DNA of 64,000 bases, taken from positions 24,938-88,937 of the forward strand of contig VGOC01000003.1 of the NCBI GenBank assembly GCA_016865865.1, read 5' to 3'. The notes below the pieces were generated by a model, which did not search any database, was not told the origin of the DNA, and saw only the letters and a program-made list of their open reading frames with translations. Made by a program: the position numbers and the translations under genes. This DNA is from Chloroflexota bacterium (GTDB lineage: Bacteria > Chloroflexota > Anaerolineae > Anaerolineales > UBA11858). Positions 36,742 through 46,205 of this stretch are shown piece after piece. Each line of letters opens with the position of its first letter. Position 1 is the first letter of the stretch.

Positions 36742-37110
36742 ATGGCTAAAGTGATGCTCATTGATGATGATTACATTGTGGTTGATCTGTTGAAGACTTT
36801 GTTAGAGATGGAGGGCTTCGATGTCATCACGCATTCCGTGGGGGAGGATATTATTCGATCCATTCGAAATCACGAGCCGGATGTGGTTTTGATGGATGTT
36901 TATCTACGGACCTCTCCTGACGATGACAAAGTGGGCCTCAAGCTGTTAGCTCAGATTCGTGAAGACCCCGATATCTCCAAGACCAGGGTGATTATGTCTT
37001 CAGGTCTCGATTTCCGCGCCGCAAGCGAGCAAGCCAAAGCTGATGGTTTCATACAAAAGCCGTATATGCCTGAGGATCTAATAAAAATGATCGAGCAGGT
37101 TTTATCATAA
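36742..37110 (+). CDS. Stand-alone response-regulator receiver (CheY-like) protein
   Basis: MAKVMLIDDD..., phospho-acceptor context VVLMDVYL, SSG and QKPY motifs. No output domain. Confidence 0.85.
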   Translation: MAKVMLIDDDYIVVDLLKTLLEMEGFDVITHSVGEDIIRSIRNHEPDVVLMDVYLRTSPDDDKVGLKLLAQIREDPDISKTRVIMSSGLDFRAASEQAKADGFIQKPYMPEDLIKMIEQVLS

Positions 37111-37181
37111 ATGAGCGTTGGACATAGTTCTAACATGTGTCACAGTGGGTGACAACTGAAACGATAGAGAGTGATACAGGA

Positions 37182-38948
37182 ATGAAAAAACGATCTCGTA
37201 CCACGATGCAGTGGTACACCATGGATTTACATTTACATACCCCGGCTTCGAGCGATTATCAACAGCCCAATGCCAGTTATCTGGATATCCTAAGGCGGGC
37301 TGATGAGCAAGACCTGGATATGGTTGCTATTACCGACCATAACACGGTGGCGGGCCTTCGCCGCATGCACGATGAAATACAACAATTGGAGATGCTCAAG
37401 CGATTGAATCGCCTGTTGCCGGAGGAGCAATCCCGCCTGGATGATTACCAGCGGTTATCAGAGCGGGTGATGATTCTGCCGGGCTTCGAGTTTACAGCAA
37501 CCTTTGGGTTTCATATTTTGGCGATCTTTGCCCCCGAAAAGCCACTGCGCGAGATCGAGCATATTCTGCTGGATCTCAACATCCCGGCTGACCAGTTAGA
37601 TGAAGGTTCTGTGACCGTGGGAGCCAGCGCTGATGTGTTGACTGCCTACGAAAAGATCAACGCCGCTGGAGGGTTGGTGATCGCCGCCCATGCCAATTCC
37701 ACGAATGGCGTCGCCATGCGCGGATTTCGATTCGGCGGACAAACCAAGATCGCTTATACCCAAGACTCCAATTTGCATGCGTTGGAAGTGACCGATTTGG
37801 ATCGCAAGGAACGTCACAGCACGGCGGGGTTCTTCAGCGGCGCCAAACCCGAATATCCCCGGCGCATGCATTGCATTCAAGGCTCCGACGCCCACCGCCT
37901 GGAGAAAGACGCCGAGCGTCGCAAGAACCTGGGGGTTGGCGACCGGGCTACCGATGTGCGTCTGCCAGAGCTATCATTCGAGGCGCTGAAGGCGCTGTTT
38001 CTGGGGAATGACTTTGCCCGCAGCCGTCCTCACCGCCCCAAGGCCGAGCCGGCTTTCGATTTCATCCAGGCAGCACGCGATGAAGGCGCCAATATCGTGC
38101 AAGATTTCCATGAGAGCATGATGGTGCGCGGCGGGAAACTTTACGCTGTGATCGCCGATGTGTGCGCTTTTGCCAATACCAATGGAGGCGCGATCTATAT
38201 CGGCATGGGCGGCGACCCGAAGGGCAATGTCGAGGGGGTGACCCTGGTCAACCAGGCTATCACCCGTTTGGAAAAGGAGATCAGCGACCGTATCAGCCCT
38301 GAGCTGGTTTGCAGCCTCGACGCCCACAAATTCCGCGGCAAGGATATCATCCGCGTCCTTGTGCCACGCGGCGACGATCCTCCTTATGCAGTTGACGACA
38401 GTAAAATCTACCTGCGCACAGAGGCCGAAACCGGCATGGCTGTACGGGATGAGATCGTCGAGCTGGTTCTACGAGGTCAGGGCGACCGGACCAGAAAAGA
38501 AGCCCTTGCGGCGCCCACGACGAAAGTCAGCGACGAACCGGCGCCTCTTCCTCAGGCTGTCGAAAAACCCCAACTCGATGCTGACGAAGTAACAGCCCCG
38601 CGCACCGGCGTGGAGGTCGTCTCCGTCGAAGAGCGCCAGGGCGTGCGATATTACACCGTGCGTGATTTGCGCAATAACAATGTGGTCAAGAATGTGACCC
38701 GCAAATCGGCGCGCAAATTGTGGCATTATGCGGTCACCCAGTTCGACAAATACTCCGAAATCCGCGCCCAGGCCGAAGTCAAATGGCAAGGAAATTTGGG
38801 ACTGTTGTATCAACAAAAGATCGGTAACTTCAGCCGTTACGACTTGATCCAGCGGGATGATATGGACAATTATCGTTTCTACTTCGGCGTCACCGAGGAT
38901 GGCCTCGACGAAAACTGGCAGCGGGTGGCAGGGATCAGCGAGGACTGA
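37182..38948 (+). CDS. PHP-domain phosphoesterase fused to an AlbA_2 (Schlafen-type) nucleic-acid-binding domain and an uncharacterised C-terminal domain
   Basis: PHP: [13 protein letters not shown]...VAITDHNT...PGFEFT...AAHANS...GSDAHRL. AlbA_2: [15 protein letters not shown]...VEGV...[30 protein letters not shown]. The C-terminal ~130 aa have no family I recognise. The start is uncertain (GTG 37137, ATG 37182 or ATG 37206). Confidence 0.7.
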   Translation: MKKRSRTTMQWYTMDLHLHTPASSDYQQPNASYLDILRRADEQDLDMVAITDHNTVAGLRRMHDEIQQLEMLKRLNRLLPEEQSRLDDYQRLSERVMILPGFEFTATFGFHILAIFAPEKPLREIEHILLDLNIPADQLDEGSVTVGASADVLTAYEKINAAGGLVIAAHANSTNGVAMRGFRFGGQTKIAYTQDSNLHALEVTDLDRKERHSTAGFFSGAKPEYPRRMHCIQGSDAHRLEKDAERRKNLGVGDRATDVRLPELSFEALKALFLGNDFARSRPHRPKAEPAFDFIQAARDEGANIVQDFHESMMVRGGKLYAVIADVCAFANTNGGAIYIGMGGDPKGNVEGVTLVNQAITRLEKEISDRISPELVCSLDAHKFRGKDIIRVLVPRGDDPPYAVDDSKIYLRTEAETGMAVRDEIVELVLRGQGDRTRKEALAAPTTKVSDEPAPLPQAVEKPQLDADEVTAPRTGVEVVSVEERQGVRYYTVRDLRNNNVVKNVTRKSARKLWHYAVTQFDKYSEIRAQAEVKWQGNLGLLYQQKIGNFSRYDLIQRDDMDNYRFYFGVTEDGLDENWQRVAGISED

Positions 38949-38950
38949 GC

Positions 38951-39490
38951 ATGGCCCTGCGCGTTGCCATCCTTACCGTGTCTGATCGTTCTGCGCGAGG
39001 TGAGCGACCGGATACATCAGGCCCGGCGTTGAAGGCGAAAGTGGAAGCGCAAGGATGGAGCGTCTTACAGGAAGATATCGTTCCGGACGATTTGCTGGTT
39101 TTGAGGGATACCCTCTCCCAATGGGCTGACGGACGCTGTTTCGACGTGATCCTGACCACCGGGGGGACGGGATTCGCCCCCAGGGATGTCACCCCCGAGG
39201 CCACCCAGACCGTGATTCACCGAGCCGCGCCTGGGCTGACCGAAGCCATGCGGGCTGAAAGCCTGAAGATCACCCCACATGCCATGCTCTCCCGGGGCGT
39301 TTCCGGCATCCGTGACCGCACCCTGATCATCAATCTGCCCGGCAGCCCCAAGGCCGCCCTTGAAAATCTGGAGGTAGTCATCCCCGTACTGCCCCACGCC
39401 GTGCAACTCCTGCGGGAAGATGCTGATGCGGAAACCGGACATCAATTCGCTCAGCAGAGAAAAAATACAGAGTTCACTGATACTCAGTAG
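38951..39490 (+). CDS. mogA: Molybdopterin adenylyltransferase MogA/MoaB family
   Basis: VAILTVSDRSARGERPDTSGP...ILTTGGTGFAPRDVTPEAT...INLPGSPKA. It starts 2 nt after the upstream stop. Confidence 0.85.
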   Translation: MALRVAILTVSDRSARGERPDTSGPALKAKVEAQGWSVLQEDIVPDDLLVLRDTLSQWADGRCFDVILTTGGTGFAPRDVTPEATQTVIHRAAPGLTEAMRAESLKITPHAMLSRGVSGIRDRTLIINLPGSPKAALENLEVVIPVLPHAVQLLREDADAETGHQFAQQRKNTEFTDTQ

Positions 39491-39565
39491 TTCACGAAAA
39501 CGATCAGGAGCCCGTCCCCGGGCGACCCGCAGACGGGTCTCGGATCATTTTTCGTGAAGTACTGA
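39485..39565. repeat. Family I palindromic repeat (CAGTAGTTCACGAAAA...TTTTCGTGAAGTACTG)
   Basis: Arms flank the inner hairpin GATCAGGAGCCCGTC...GACGGGTCTCGGATC. An arm-like miniature lies at 36679-36709. It covers the mogA stop. Confidence 0.7.
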
Positions 39566-39674
39566 TGTTTAAAAAATTACCCAGATATTGCCAGAAAGTC
39601 TGATCTTTGTGCTACAATAGCTATTGCCGGGGTACTGTTCTTTGCGAGTGGATGCTCGCAGGAGGAATTGCGTT

Positions 39675-39893
39675 ATGAGTGATAAAGAAACCATGCTCAA
39701 GTTGATGCGATTTTGGCTGTTTGGCACTTTCATCATCCTCTTCACGGCAGTAACAGTTTATGTAGGGGGCGCGCTGGGGACTGGCTTGGCGATCTTCCGC
39801 GAATTGTATTTCTGGCTGGCGGTCGTCATCACCGCAGCTCTGTGCGTGTTGTGGTACTTCATCTACAAGTGGTATTTGGACAAAAAAGCATAA
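39675..39893 (+). CDS. Small two-TM membrane protein, unknown function
   Basis: ORF trimmed to MSDKETMLKLMRFWLFG (AGGAGGA RBS). 72 aa with two hydrophobic helices, followed by a clean terminator. Confidence 0.55.
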   Translation: MSDKETMLKLMRFWLFGTFIILFTAVTVYVGGALGTGLAIFRELYFWLAVVITAALCVLWYFIYKWYLDKKA

Positions 39894-39923
39894 GTCACAA
39901 CTATATTCCCCCCGGCACAATAA

Positions 39924-39960
39924 CTGACGAAGCAGGGAGCTCATGCTTCGTCAGTTTTTT
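39924..39960 (+). terminator. Rho-independent terminator
   Basis: CTGACGAAGCA-GGGAGCTCA-TGCTTCGTCAG followed by TTTTTT. A second hairpin (39963-39995) abuts the convergent acyl-CoA dehydrogenase stop. Confidence 0.8.
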
Positions 39961-39995
39961 ATACGAACACGGTTCCTCGCAGGAACCGTGTTCGT

Positions 39996-41147
39996 TTACT
40001 GGATCTCTTCGAGAACATGACGGGCGATGACCATGCGCTGCACTTCGCTGGTGCCCTCCCCAATCGTCATGGCGCGGGCGTCGCGGTATAGGCGCTCCAC
40101 CGGATACTCACGGCTATAGCCATAGGCGCCATGGATTTGGATGGCGTTATAGGCGACGCGTTCAGCCATCTGCGTGGCGAAGAGTTTGGCCATTGCGCCC
40201 GCTTTGGTGAAGGGCTTCCCCTGTTCTTTGAGCCAGGCGGCGTAATAGATCATCAGGCGAGCGGCGTGGATTTCGGTGCCGGCGTCAGCCAGCATCCATT
40301 GCAGAGCCTGGTGCTGGGAGAGGGTCGCCCCAAACGAGCGACGTTCTTTGGCATAGCGTATGGCCTCTTCCAGGGCTGCCTGAGCGATGCCCACCGAGAT
40401 GGCCCCGATGCCGATACGACCACCAGCGAGAGTCCTCAGGGTTTGCTGCAGTCCGCGTCCTTGTTCCCCGAGCAGGTTCTCGCGGGGGACGTGCACGTTT
40501 TCATACGTGATGCCGTGGGCATGGCTGCTGCCCAGGCCCATTTTCTTCTCATGAGGCGCGATATGCAGCCCAGGCGCATCTGTAGGCACAATGATCATGC
40601 TCATCGAACAGGAGCCGCCTGCGGGGTCGGTGCGTACCAGCGTGGTGACATAGTCGGCATCCCCGGCGTTGGTGATCCAGGCTTTAGCCCCATTGATCAC
40701 CCACTCGTCTCCCTCCAGCCTGGCCTGGGTCTTGATCCCCTGAAGATCGGAGCCTGCTCCCGGTTCGGTGAGCGCCAGCGAGATCAACTTTCCTTCTCCG
40801 CTGACGGCGCGCGGCAGGTATTTCTCTTTCTGCTTTGGGGCGCCGAACATGGCGATGGGCGCGCAACCCAGCCCGGTATGGGCGGCGATGTTCAGGGCGG
40901 TGCCGCCGTCCCCCCAGCCCAGTTCCTCGATAGCGATAGCCGCGCTGATCGCGTCCACTCCGGCGCCGCCATATTCTTCGGGTGTGGTGATGCCCAACAT
41001 CCCCAGCGGCCCCATCTTGCGGATAGCAGGCCAGTTGAGTTCTTCCGCTTTGGCGAACTCGGCGGCCTGAGGCTTGACTTCCTGGGCTACGAAATCGTGA
41101 ACCGTTTTACGCCACATGCGTTGTTCTTCGGTGAGTTGAAAATCCAC
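39996..41147 (-). CDS. Acyl-CoA dehydrogenase (short/medium-chain type)
   Basis: ORF 39996..41303 trimmed to the GTG at aa 53 (AAGGAGGA RBS), because upstream codons lie in repeat A4. VDFQLTEEQRMWRKTVHDF..., TEPGAGSD, GAYGYSREYPVERLYRDA. Confidence 0.9.
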   Translation of the reverse strand: MDFQLTEEQRMWRKTVHDFVAQEVKPQAAEFAKAEELNWPAIRKMGPLGMLGITTPEEYGGAGVDAISAAIAIEELGWGDGGTALNIAAHTGLGCAPIAMFGAPKQKEKYLPRAVSGEGKLISLALTEPGAGSDLQGIKTQARLEGDEWVINGAKAWITNAGDADYVTTLVRTDPAGGSCSMSMIIVPTDAPGLHIAPHEKKMGLGSSHAHGITYENVHVPRENLLGEQGRGLQQTLRTLAGGRIGIGAISVGIAQAALEEAIRYAKERRSFGATLSQHQALQWMLADAGTEIHAARLMIYYAAWLKEQGKPFTKAGAMAKLFATQMAERVAYNAIQIHGAYGYSREYPVERLYRDARAMTIGEGTSEVQRMVIARHVLEEIQ

Positions 41148-41162
41148 GGTGGTTCCTCCTTT

Positions 41163-41292
41163 GAGTCCACTGAGTCCACTGCAAAAACTACGAGTAGAGG
41201 ATTCGGGGCGGCATATATGGGGGTGCGTGCGCAGCACGCACCCCCATATATGCCGCCCCGCCCCCTCGTTCAGGAGTTTTTTCAGTGAACTC
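41163..41292. repeat. Family A palindromic repeat, full copy with a duplicated left arm (GAGTCCACT x2)
   Basis: GAGTCCACTGAGTCCACTGCAAAAACTACGAGTAGAGGATTCGGGGCGGCATATATGGGGGTGCGTGCGCAGCACGCACCCCCATATATGCCGCCCCGCCCCCTCGTTCAGGAGTTTTTTCAGTGAACTC. Confidence 0.9.
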
Positions 41293-41371
41293 ACATATGT
41301 CACATTTCAACGAATTTCGGGGTTCTTATAGGCGAAAATGGGAGGGCCGAGGGGGGGGTACAGCATTGATC

Positions 41372-43072
41372 TCAGGGGTTCATCTCGTAAAGGTCTTTGA
41401 GAGCATAAACATGCTCGGTCCACACCTGTTGATAGCGTCCCTCGTCGGACGCTGGTTTGCGGATCATGCGCTGGCAGTAATCCATCTGGGTAGCTGTGCT
41501 GCTCGGTTTGCTGTAAAGCTGCAGGGCGTACCTGGAAAAATCCCGCACCATGAAGTCGAAAATCTGGTCGAGCAAGGCCTGGGCGATGGCGTAGATAGGG
41601 GCGTTCTCCAGGATGAGTTGACCGTAGACCACCAGGGCGAATAGTTCACCCAGGGCGAGCAGGAAATCAATATCCTTGCGCTGGGTGTCATCCGGCGTCG
41701 CCATCGCCAGGAATTCCTTGAGGAGGGCGATCTGGTCTTTGAAAATTCCGATATTGGGGAGGTCGTACAGGTCGTAGGCTAATCCGTAATCATGGAAGCG
41801 GATCTTGCTTAGCCCGCGGGTTGGTCCCTGGTCGAAGAGGTAATCGTCGTTCCGAGGCTGATCCTGCTTAGGCAGGTCGGGATATTCGGCATGGTCGAAG
41901 AAATAATTGGGTATGAACTTGACGATCAGGGCGATGTTGACGTGGACGGTCCCTTCCAGCTTGGGCAGCGCCTGGATGTCGCGCGCCGCCATCTCGAAAT
42001 AGGTATCGCGCTCGAAGCCTTTAGCGGCGATCACATTCCAGAGCAGATCAATGACCTCCTCGCCCTGGGTGGTTACTTTCATCTTGACCATGGGGTTATA
42101 CAGCAGGTAGCGGCGGTCTTGCAGCGAGGCTGCCCGCATATAATCGGCGGCTCGCAGGGTGAAGAGCTTCATGGCGACCAGGCGGGAGTAGGCATCGGTG
42201 AACATCTGCTGGACATGGGGGAAGTCGGTCACGTACATGTTGTACAGGCGGCGGTTTGCGGCGTGGTTGATGGCCTCGTACAGGGCATGGGTGCAGATGC
42301 CAATGGAAGCCCAGCCCAGGTTGTATTTTCCCACGTTGACGGTGTTGAGCGCCGAGTCCCAGGCGGCTTGCCCCATCGAGAGAATTTCATCTTCAGCGAC
42401 CGGGTAATCTTCGAGCAGATATTGCCCGACGTAGTTCTGGCTGGCGCACACGTTTTTGACCAGCTTGTACGCATCTTGGCGATAGTCGGCCACGAAGAAG
42501 ACGTATTCATCTGTCCCGGCTATTTTTCCAAAGGTGGAGACCATCGGGGCGACGTTGGCGTTGCCGATATAGTATTTCTCGCCGTTGGCCAAATAGTTGC
42601 CATCCGGCTGGGGGGCAAGACTCATCTCCGTCGAATAGATATCCGCCCCATGCGCCCGTTCGGAGAGTCCAAACGCAAAAACAGCTCCATCCTGAAGGAG
42701 CTGCGCCGCCCTTCGTTTCAGGGCTTCGTTCTTACTCATCCAGATAGGGCCGAGGCCGAGGATGCTGACCTGCCAGGTGTACCAGTAGGCTAATCCATAG
42801 AAGGCCAGGATTTCATTGAACTCGCAGTTGCGCCAGGTATCCCAGCGGGTATTTTCGTCCGTTCCATATTGGGAGGGGGTTAACAGGGCAGCGAAGAGTT
42901 TTTCCTGTTTTACGAAATCGAGAAAATCGCTGTACCAGGCCCGGGCGTGGTCGTCTTCCTTGATCTTCCTTTTGCCCCGCTTTTCGAACCAGGCGATGGT
43001 TTTGAGCATCAGCTCCCGAGAATGGTCATCGGGGTAGTCGCGTTGATGGGCTTTCGGGTTGAGCAGGAACAT
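41372..43072 (-). CDS. Long-form acyl-CoA dehydrogenase family protein (about 566 aa)
   Basis: ORF trimmed to MFLLNPKAHQRDYPDD (GAGGAG RBS). The ACAD middle and C-terminal regions are recognisable (FAFGLSERAHGADIYS, YIGNANVAP), with an extended C-terminal helical domain. Confidence 0.75.
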   Translation of the reverse strand: MFLLNPKAHQRDYPDDHSRELMLKTIAWFEKRGKRKIKEDDHARAWYSDFLDFVKQEKLFAALLTPSQYGTDENTRWDTWRNCEFNEILAFYGLAYWYTWQVSILGLGPIWMSKNEALKRRAAQLLQDGAVFAFGLSERAHGADIYSTEMSLAPQPDGNYLANGEKYYIGNANVAPMVSTFGKIAGTDEYVFFVADYRQDAYKLVKNVCASQNYVGQYLLEDYPVAEDEILSMGQAAWDSALNTVNVGKYNLGWASIGICTHALYEAINHAANRRLYNMYVTDFPHVQQMFTDAYSRLVAMKLFTLRAADYMRAASLQDRRYLLYNPMVKMKVTTQGEEVIDLLWNVIAAKGFERDTYFEMAARDIQALPKLEGTVHVNIALIVKFIPNYFFDHAEYPDLPKQDQPRNDDYLFDQGPTRGLSKIRFHDYGLAYDLYDLPNIGIFKDQIALLKEFLAMATPDDTQRKDIDFLLALGELFALVVYGQLILENAPIYAIAQALLDQIFDFMVRDFSRYALQLYSKPSSTATQMDYCQRMIRKPASDEGRYQQVWTEHVYALKDLYEMNP

Positions 43073-43158
43073 GATGTACTCCTCGGCTATCAGCTTGGTT
43101 TTGGAAATTATATCAGGAACGTGATATAGTTTCACAGATGAGAATTGGAGGAGCTATC

Positions 43159-43968
43159 TTGAACAAACCTGTCATCCTGATTACCGGCGCGTCCTCTGGC
43201 ATTGGCGCGGCGACGGCGCGCCTCTTTAGCGAGCGGGGATACCATGTCGTTCTGGCTGCCCGCCGCGAGGATCGCTTGCGGGCGTTAGCGGACGAAATCG
43301 AAGCAGCCGGGGGGCAGGCGCTGCCGGTTCCTACGGATATCACCCGCCTGGATCATATCGAAAATTTGGTAGAAACCAGCCTGGCCTGGTATGGCCAGAT
43401 TGACGTTCTGTTCAACAACGCCGGCTTCGGCCGCCTGAAGTGGTTGGAGCAGCTCGATCCTGATGAGGATATCGAACTTCAACTGCAGACCAATCTCCGT
43501 GGGGCAATCCTGACCACCCGGGTAGTCCTGCCGCACATGATCGAACGCCGTGCGGGGCATATCATCAATATGGCTTCAATCGCCGGTCTAATTGGGCCGC
43601 CCACCTACAGCATCTACTCGGCGACTAAATTCGGGCTGCGCGGTTTCACCGAAGCGCTCCGGCGAGAAGTAGGCATTTGGGGGATTCGAGTCTCAGGGAT
43701 CTACCCCGGGGGTGTGGCGACAGAATTCGGTCAACACACCGGGATTGATCGTAGAACCGGCCTCCGCACCCCAGCGTTTTTGCGATTGTCCGCCGAGGAT
43801 GTAGCCCGGGATGTATATCGCTTAGTCGAACGACCGCGGCGCATGCTGATCATCCCCTGGCCGATGCGTATTGCTGTCTGGTTGAATGTGTTGTGGCCGG
43901 GGGTAGTTGATTGGGGAATCCAGCGAATCTTCACCATCCGTGAACGGCCGCCCAGAGGCTTGCACTGA
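43159..43968 (+). CDS. Short-chain dehydrogenase/reductase (SDR)
   Basis: TGASSGIGAATA cofactor motif and YSATKFGLRGF catalytic YxxxK. TTG start 6 nt after GGAGGA; the alternative is the ATG at 43138. Confidence 0.85.
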   Translation: MNKPVILITGASSGIGAATARLFSERGYHVVLAARREDRLRALADEIEAAGGQALPVPTDITRLDHIENLVETSLAWYGQIDVLFNNAGFGRLKWLEQLDPDEDIELQLQTNLRGAILTTRVVLPHMIERRAGHIINMASIAGLIGPPTYSIYSATKFGLRGFTEALRREVGIWGIRVSGIYPGGVATEFGQHTGIDRRTGLRTPAFLRLSAEDVARDVYRLVERPRRMLIIPWPMRIAVWLNVLWPGVVDWGIQRIFTIRERPPRGLH

Positions 43969-44049
43969 GCGAAGCGAATGTGCATGATCCCTCGATCAAA
44001 AGCCCGTCCTCGGGCGCCCCGAGGACGGGGCTGTGGATCGTTCACGCCG

Positions 44050-44130
44050 CCCTCTGTCCCTCCATATTTTGCCGCCGAAAAGCCGGTCGTTCATGAAACT
44101 GATGGCGAAAATGGGGGATGAAGGGGGGTG
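44050..44130. repeat. Family G palindromic repeat
   Basis: CCCTCTGTCCCTCCATATTTTGCC...GGCGAAAATGGGGGATGAAGGGGGGTGG; compare 30550-30634. Confidence 0.7.
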
Positions 44131-44136
44131 GAAAAA

Positions 44137-44661
44137 TTACTGTGCGGATGGATCGTCGGGGATTTCTAACCCAGACCCCGCAAGATTGGATTCTGGCTCG
44201 GGGTTTGTCTCTTGTTCGCTGATATTCTGCAAGGCCATGATCCCGTTCCGAGCCTGATTGAGCAAGCGTTCCAGCTCCGCTTCGATGCGTGAGAGGGTTT
44301 GAATGACGTAATTATCGGCCTCGCGACGGGTGTGTTCGGCATTGACCCCGGCCTGCTTGATGACATCTTCTGCCCGTGCTTTTGCGGCAAGCACAACGGC
44401 GTCGCGCTCCACAAGTTGCTGGCTCTTCTCGCGCGCCAGATCAACTGTGCGTTTGGCTTCCTCTTGGGCTTGCGCCAGGATGCGATCACGTTGGGTGAGA
44501 ACCTGCTGCGCTCTCTTGACTTCCTCAGGGATGGTCACCCGCATCTGGTCAATCAAGTCCAGCATTCGATCTTCATCCACGATCACATTGTGGGTGAGGG
44601 GAATGGGACGACTTTCGTTGAAGAGTTCTTCCAGTCGGTCTACAAGATGTAAGATATCCAT
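44137..44661 (-). CDS. Coiled-coil protein of unknown function (ATPase subunit b/H-like heptads)
   Basis: 174 aa, Glu/Arg/Ala/Gln-rich predicted coiled coil (AQQVLTQRDRILAQAQEEAKRTVDLAREKSQQLV). No confident family. Confidence 0.5.
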   Translation of the reverse strand: MDILHLVDRLEELFNESRPIPLTHNVIVDEDRMLDLIDQMRVTIPEEVKRAQQVLTQRDRILAQAQEEAKRTVDLAREKSQQLVERDAVVLAAKARAEDVIKQAGVNAEHTRREADNYVIQTLSRIEAELERLLNQARNGIMALQNISEQETNPEPESNLAGSGLEIPDDPSAQ

Positions 44662-44880
44662 GCCGCTCCTCCCTCAGAGGCGCAGTGTTGAGAAAGCAAT
44701 CCTTTTCTTCCGCAAAGTTTTGCATGTTCTAACGAGTATATCAGGTGCTTGATGGCGATAATCTAGAACACGCTTTGGTAATAACCAGTTGCAAAAATTA
44801 TGCCGGTAATCTCTCGGCTATTGCCGAGTTAACCGCATATGGGATTGTGACGCTCTTATGTGCGATTAGTTTCTTGGATT

Positions 44881-44992
44881 GTAACTATTCAGCCAAACGG
44901 AGAAATTCCCGAAAAAAGGGTGTGCGCAGGGGGCTACGCCCCCTGCGCACACCCTTTTTTCGGGTAAATCCGTTCGATGGCTGAGCAGTTAC
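44881..44992. repeat. Family B palindromic repeat, full copy
   Basis: Nearly identical to 36567-36678 (core GTGTGCGCAGGGGGCTACGCCCCCTGCGCACAC). Confidence 0.9.
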
Positions 44993-45218
44993 CTTGGATT
45001 TTTTGTAAACCTAACCATGTAGAAGTGTCTTGCCACTTCCCGGTAGTCGATGTGAATTTATATTTGCGCTGCCTCGTGAAGGGGACAATTCGTTTTTGCA
45101 TCTCTCGAAAGTTCCGAGATGCTTTTCGTAACCGGCTCTTTTGTTCTTTTGTAAGAGGAGAGATTGAGTTGCTCATTATTCTAATTGCGCACTGGGGCTA
45201 AAAATGAATGTTCTTTGC

Positions 45219-45609
45219 TCAAAATACATTTACGACTTGAGAAGATGTAAATTCACTTGTTCGAATATAAAGCTCATAAACCAATCGCCATAAATTGCTT
45301 TGGGCGTCCATGCTCTCGACAACTAAACCGCAGTTATGTGCTTCGTCTCGATAGATTGGTCTGCCATGTGTTTTTTTACTAACCGGCGTTTTGTAAAATG
45401 CCCGCTAACATATCAACATCTGAATCTTCAAGCATAACAGGATACACGAAACTTGTAAAAAGAGTAACGACAGGGCGATCTATTATTGCTTCGAGTTCGA
45501 CAAATATCCGCTCCCTTGTATCGTGATTCTGGTTGCGTTCAGAAATTACTTGTAAAACAACCGGATTTACTTCTTGCGCTGTCATATTTTCTCCACTTGA
45601 ACTCGACAA
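45219..45609 (-). pseudogene. Degenerate gene remnant; resemblance to the ends of a ClpP-class serine protease (SDH/PF01972-like) is tentative
   Basis: The 76-aa fragment (ERIFVELEAIIDRPVVTLFTSFVYPVMLEDSDVDML) ends at a TAG followed by an A7 tract. A second fragment in a different frame (THGRPIYRDEAHNCGLVVESMDAQSNLWRLVYELY) follows. The middle of any full-length protein is missing. The region is AT-rich. Confidence 0.4.
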
Positions 45610-45670
45610 ATGGGCATAATCTAAGATTACACGGAAGTGAACGATTAGTCAAGTAGTCGTCGGTCTGCTT

Positions 45671-46195
45671 CTAATCCCGCAGCGAAGACGTTGGGACGAT
45701 GTCCTGCCATTCGCCCAGCTCTCCAAACCTCTTTTTGAGGGCCGCTTCGACGTGGGGAGGCACCAGGCTGCTGACATCGCCGCTCAACGAGGCGATCTCG
45801 CGCACTGTCGCGCCCGAAAGGAAGGTGTGCTTCTCGTGGGTGATCAGGGCCACGACTTCGATATCGGGATCGATGCGGTGGTTGGCCAGCGCCATGCGGA
45901 ATTCATATTCGAAATCCGAGAAGACGCGCAGACCACGAACGATGACCTGGGCGCCGATCTTTTTGCAAAACTCGACCGTCAATCCGCTATAGCCGGTAAC
46001 CTTGATCTTCTCGTTCTTTCGAAACACTTCCTCGGCGAAGGCGATTCGTTCATCGGGTGAAAAGAGCAGGGTTTTGAGCGGTCGGTCATAAACCGCGACA
46101 ATGACTTCATCGAAGAGCCGGGCTGCTCGATGAGCGATGTCTATGTGGCCGTAATGAATAGGATCGAAGGTTCCTGGGAAGACAGCACGAATCAT
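45671..46195 (-). CDS. coaD: Phosphopantetheine adenylyltransferase
   Basis: ORF trimmed to MIRAVFPGTFDPIHYGHIDI (GAGGAG RBS). Classic T/HxGH nucleotidyltransferase motif. Confidence 0.95.
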   Translation of the reverse strand: MIRAVFPGTFDPIHYGHIDIAHRAARLFDEVIVAVYDRPLKTLLFSPDERIAFAEEVFRKNEKIKVTGYSGLTVEFCKKIGAQVIVRGLRVFSDFEYEFRMALANHRIDPDIEVVALITHEKHTFLSGATVREIASLSGDVSSLVPPHVEAALKKRFGELGEWQDIVPTSSLRD

Positions 46196-46205
46196 ATTTG
46201 GCTCC

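Noticed and set aside
38951-39490. A functional link between mogA (Mo/W cofactor) and the AOR at 13266-15200.
   Set aside because: The genes are 24 kb apart on separate operons. MogA is a general cofactor-biosynthesis enzyme, so co-location within 64 kb is not evidence of a dedicated system.
44934-45176. 80-aa Lys/Arg-rich ORF as a genuine small gene.
   Set aside because: Its last ~20 codons are Family B repeat sequence, it sits in a decayed AT-rich patch, and it has no recognisable motif. It is kept only as part of the remnant-island finding.
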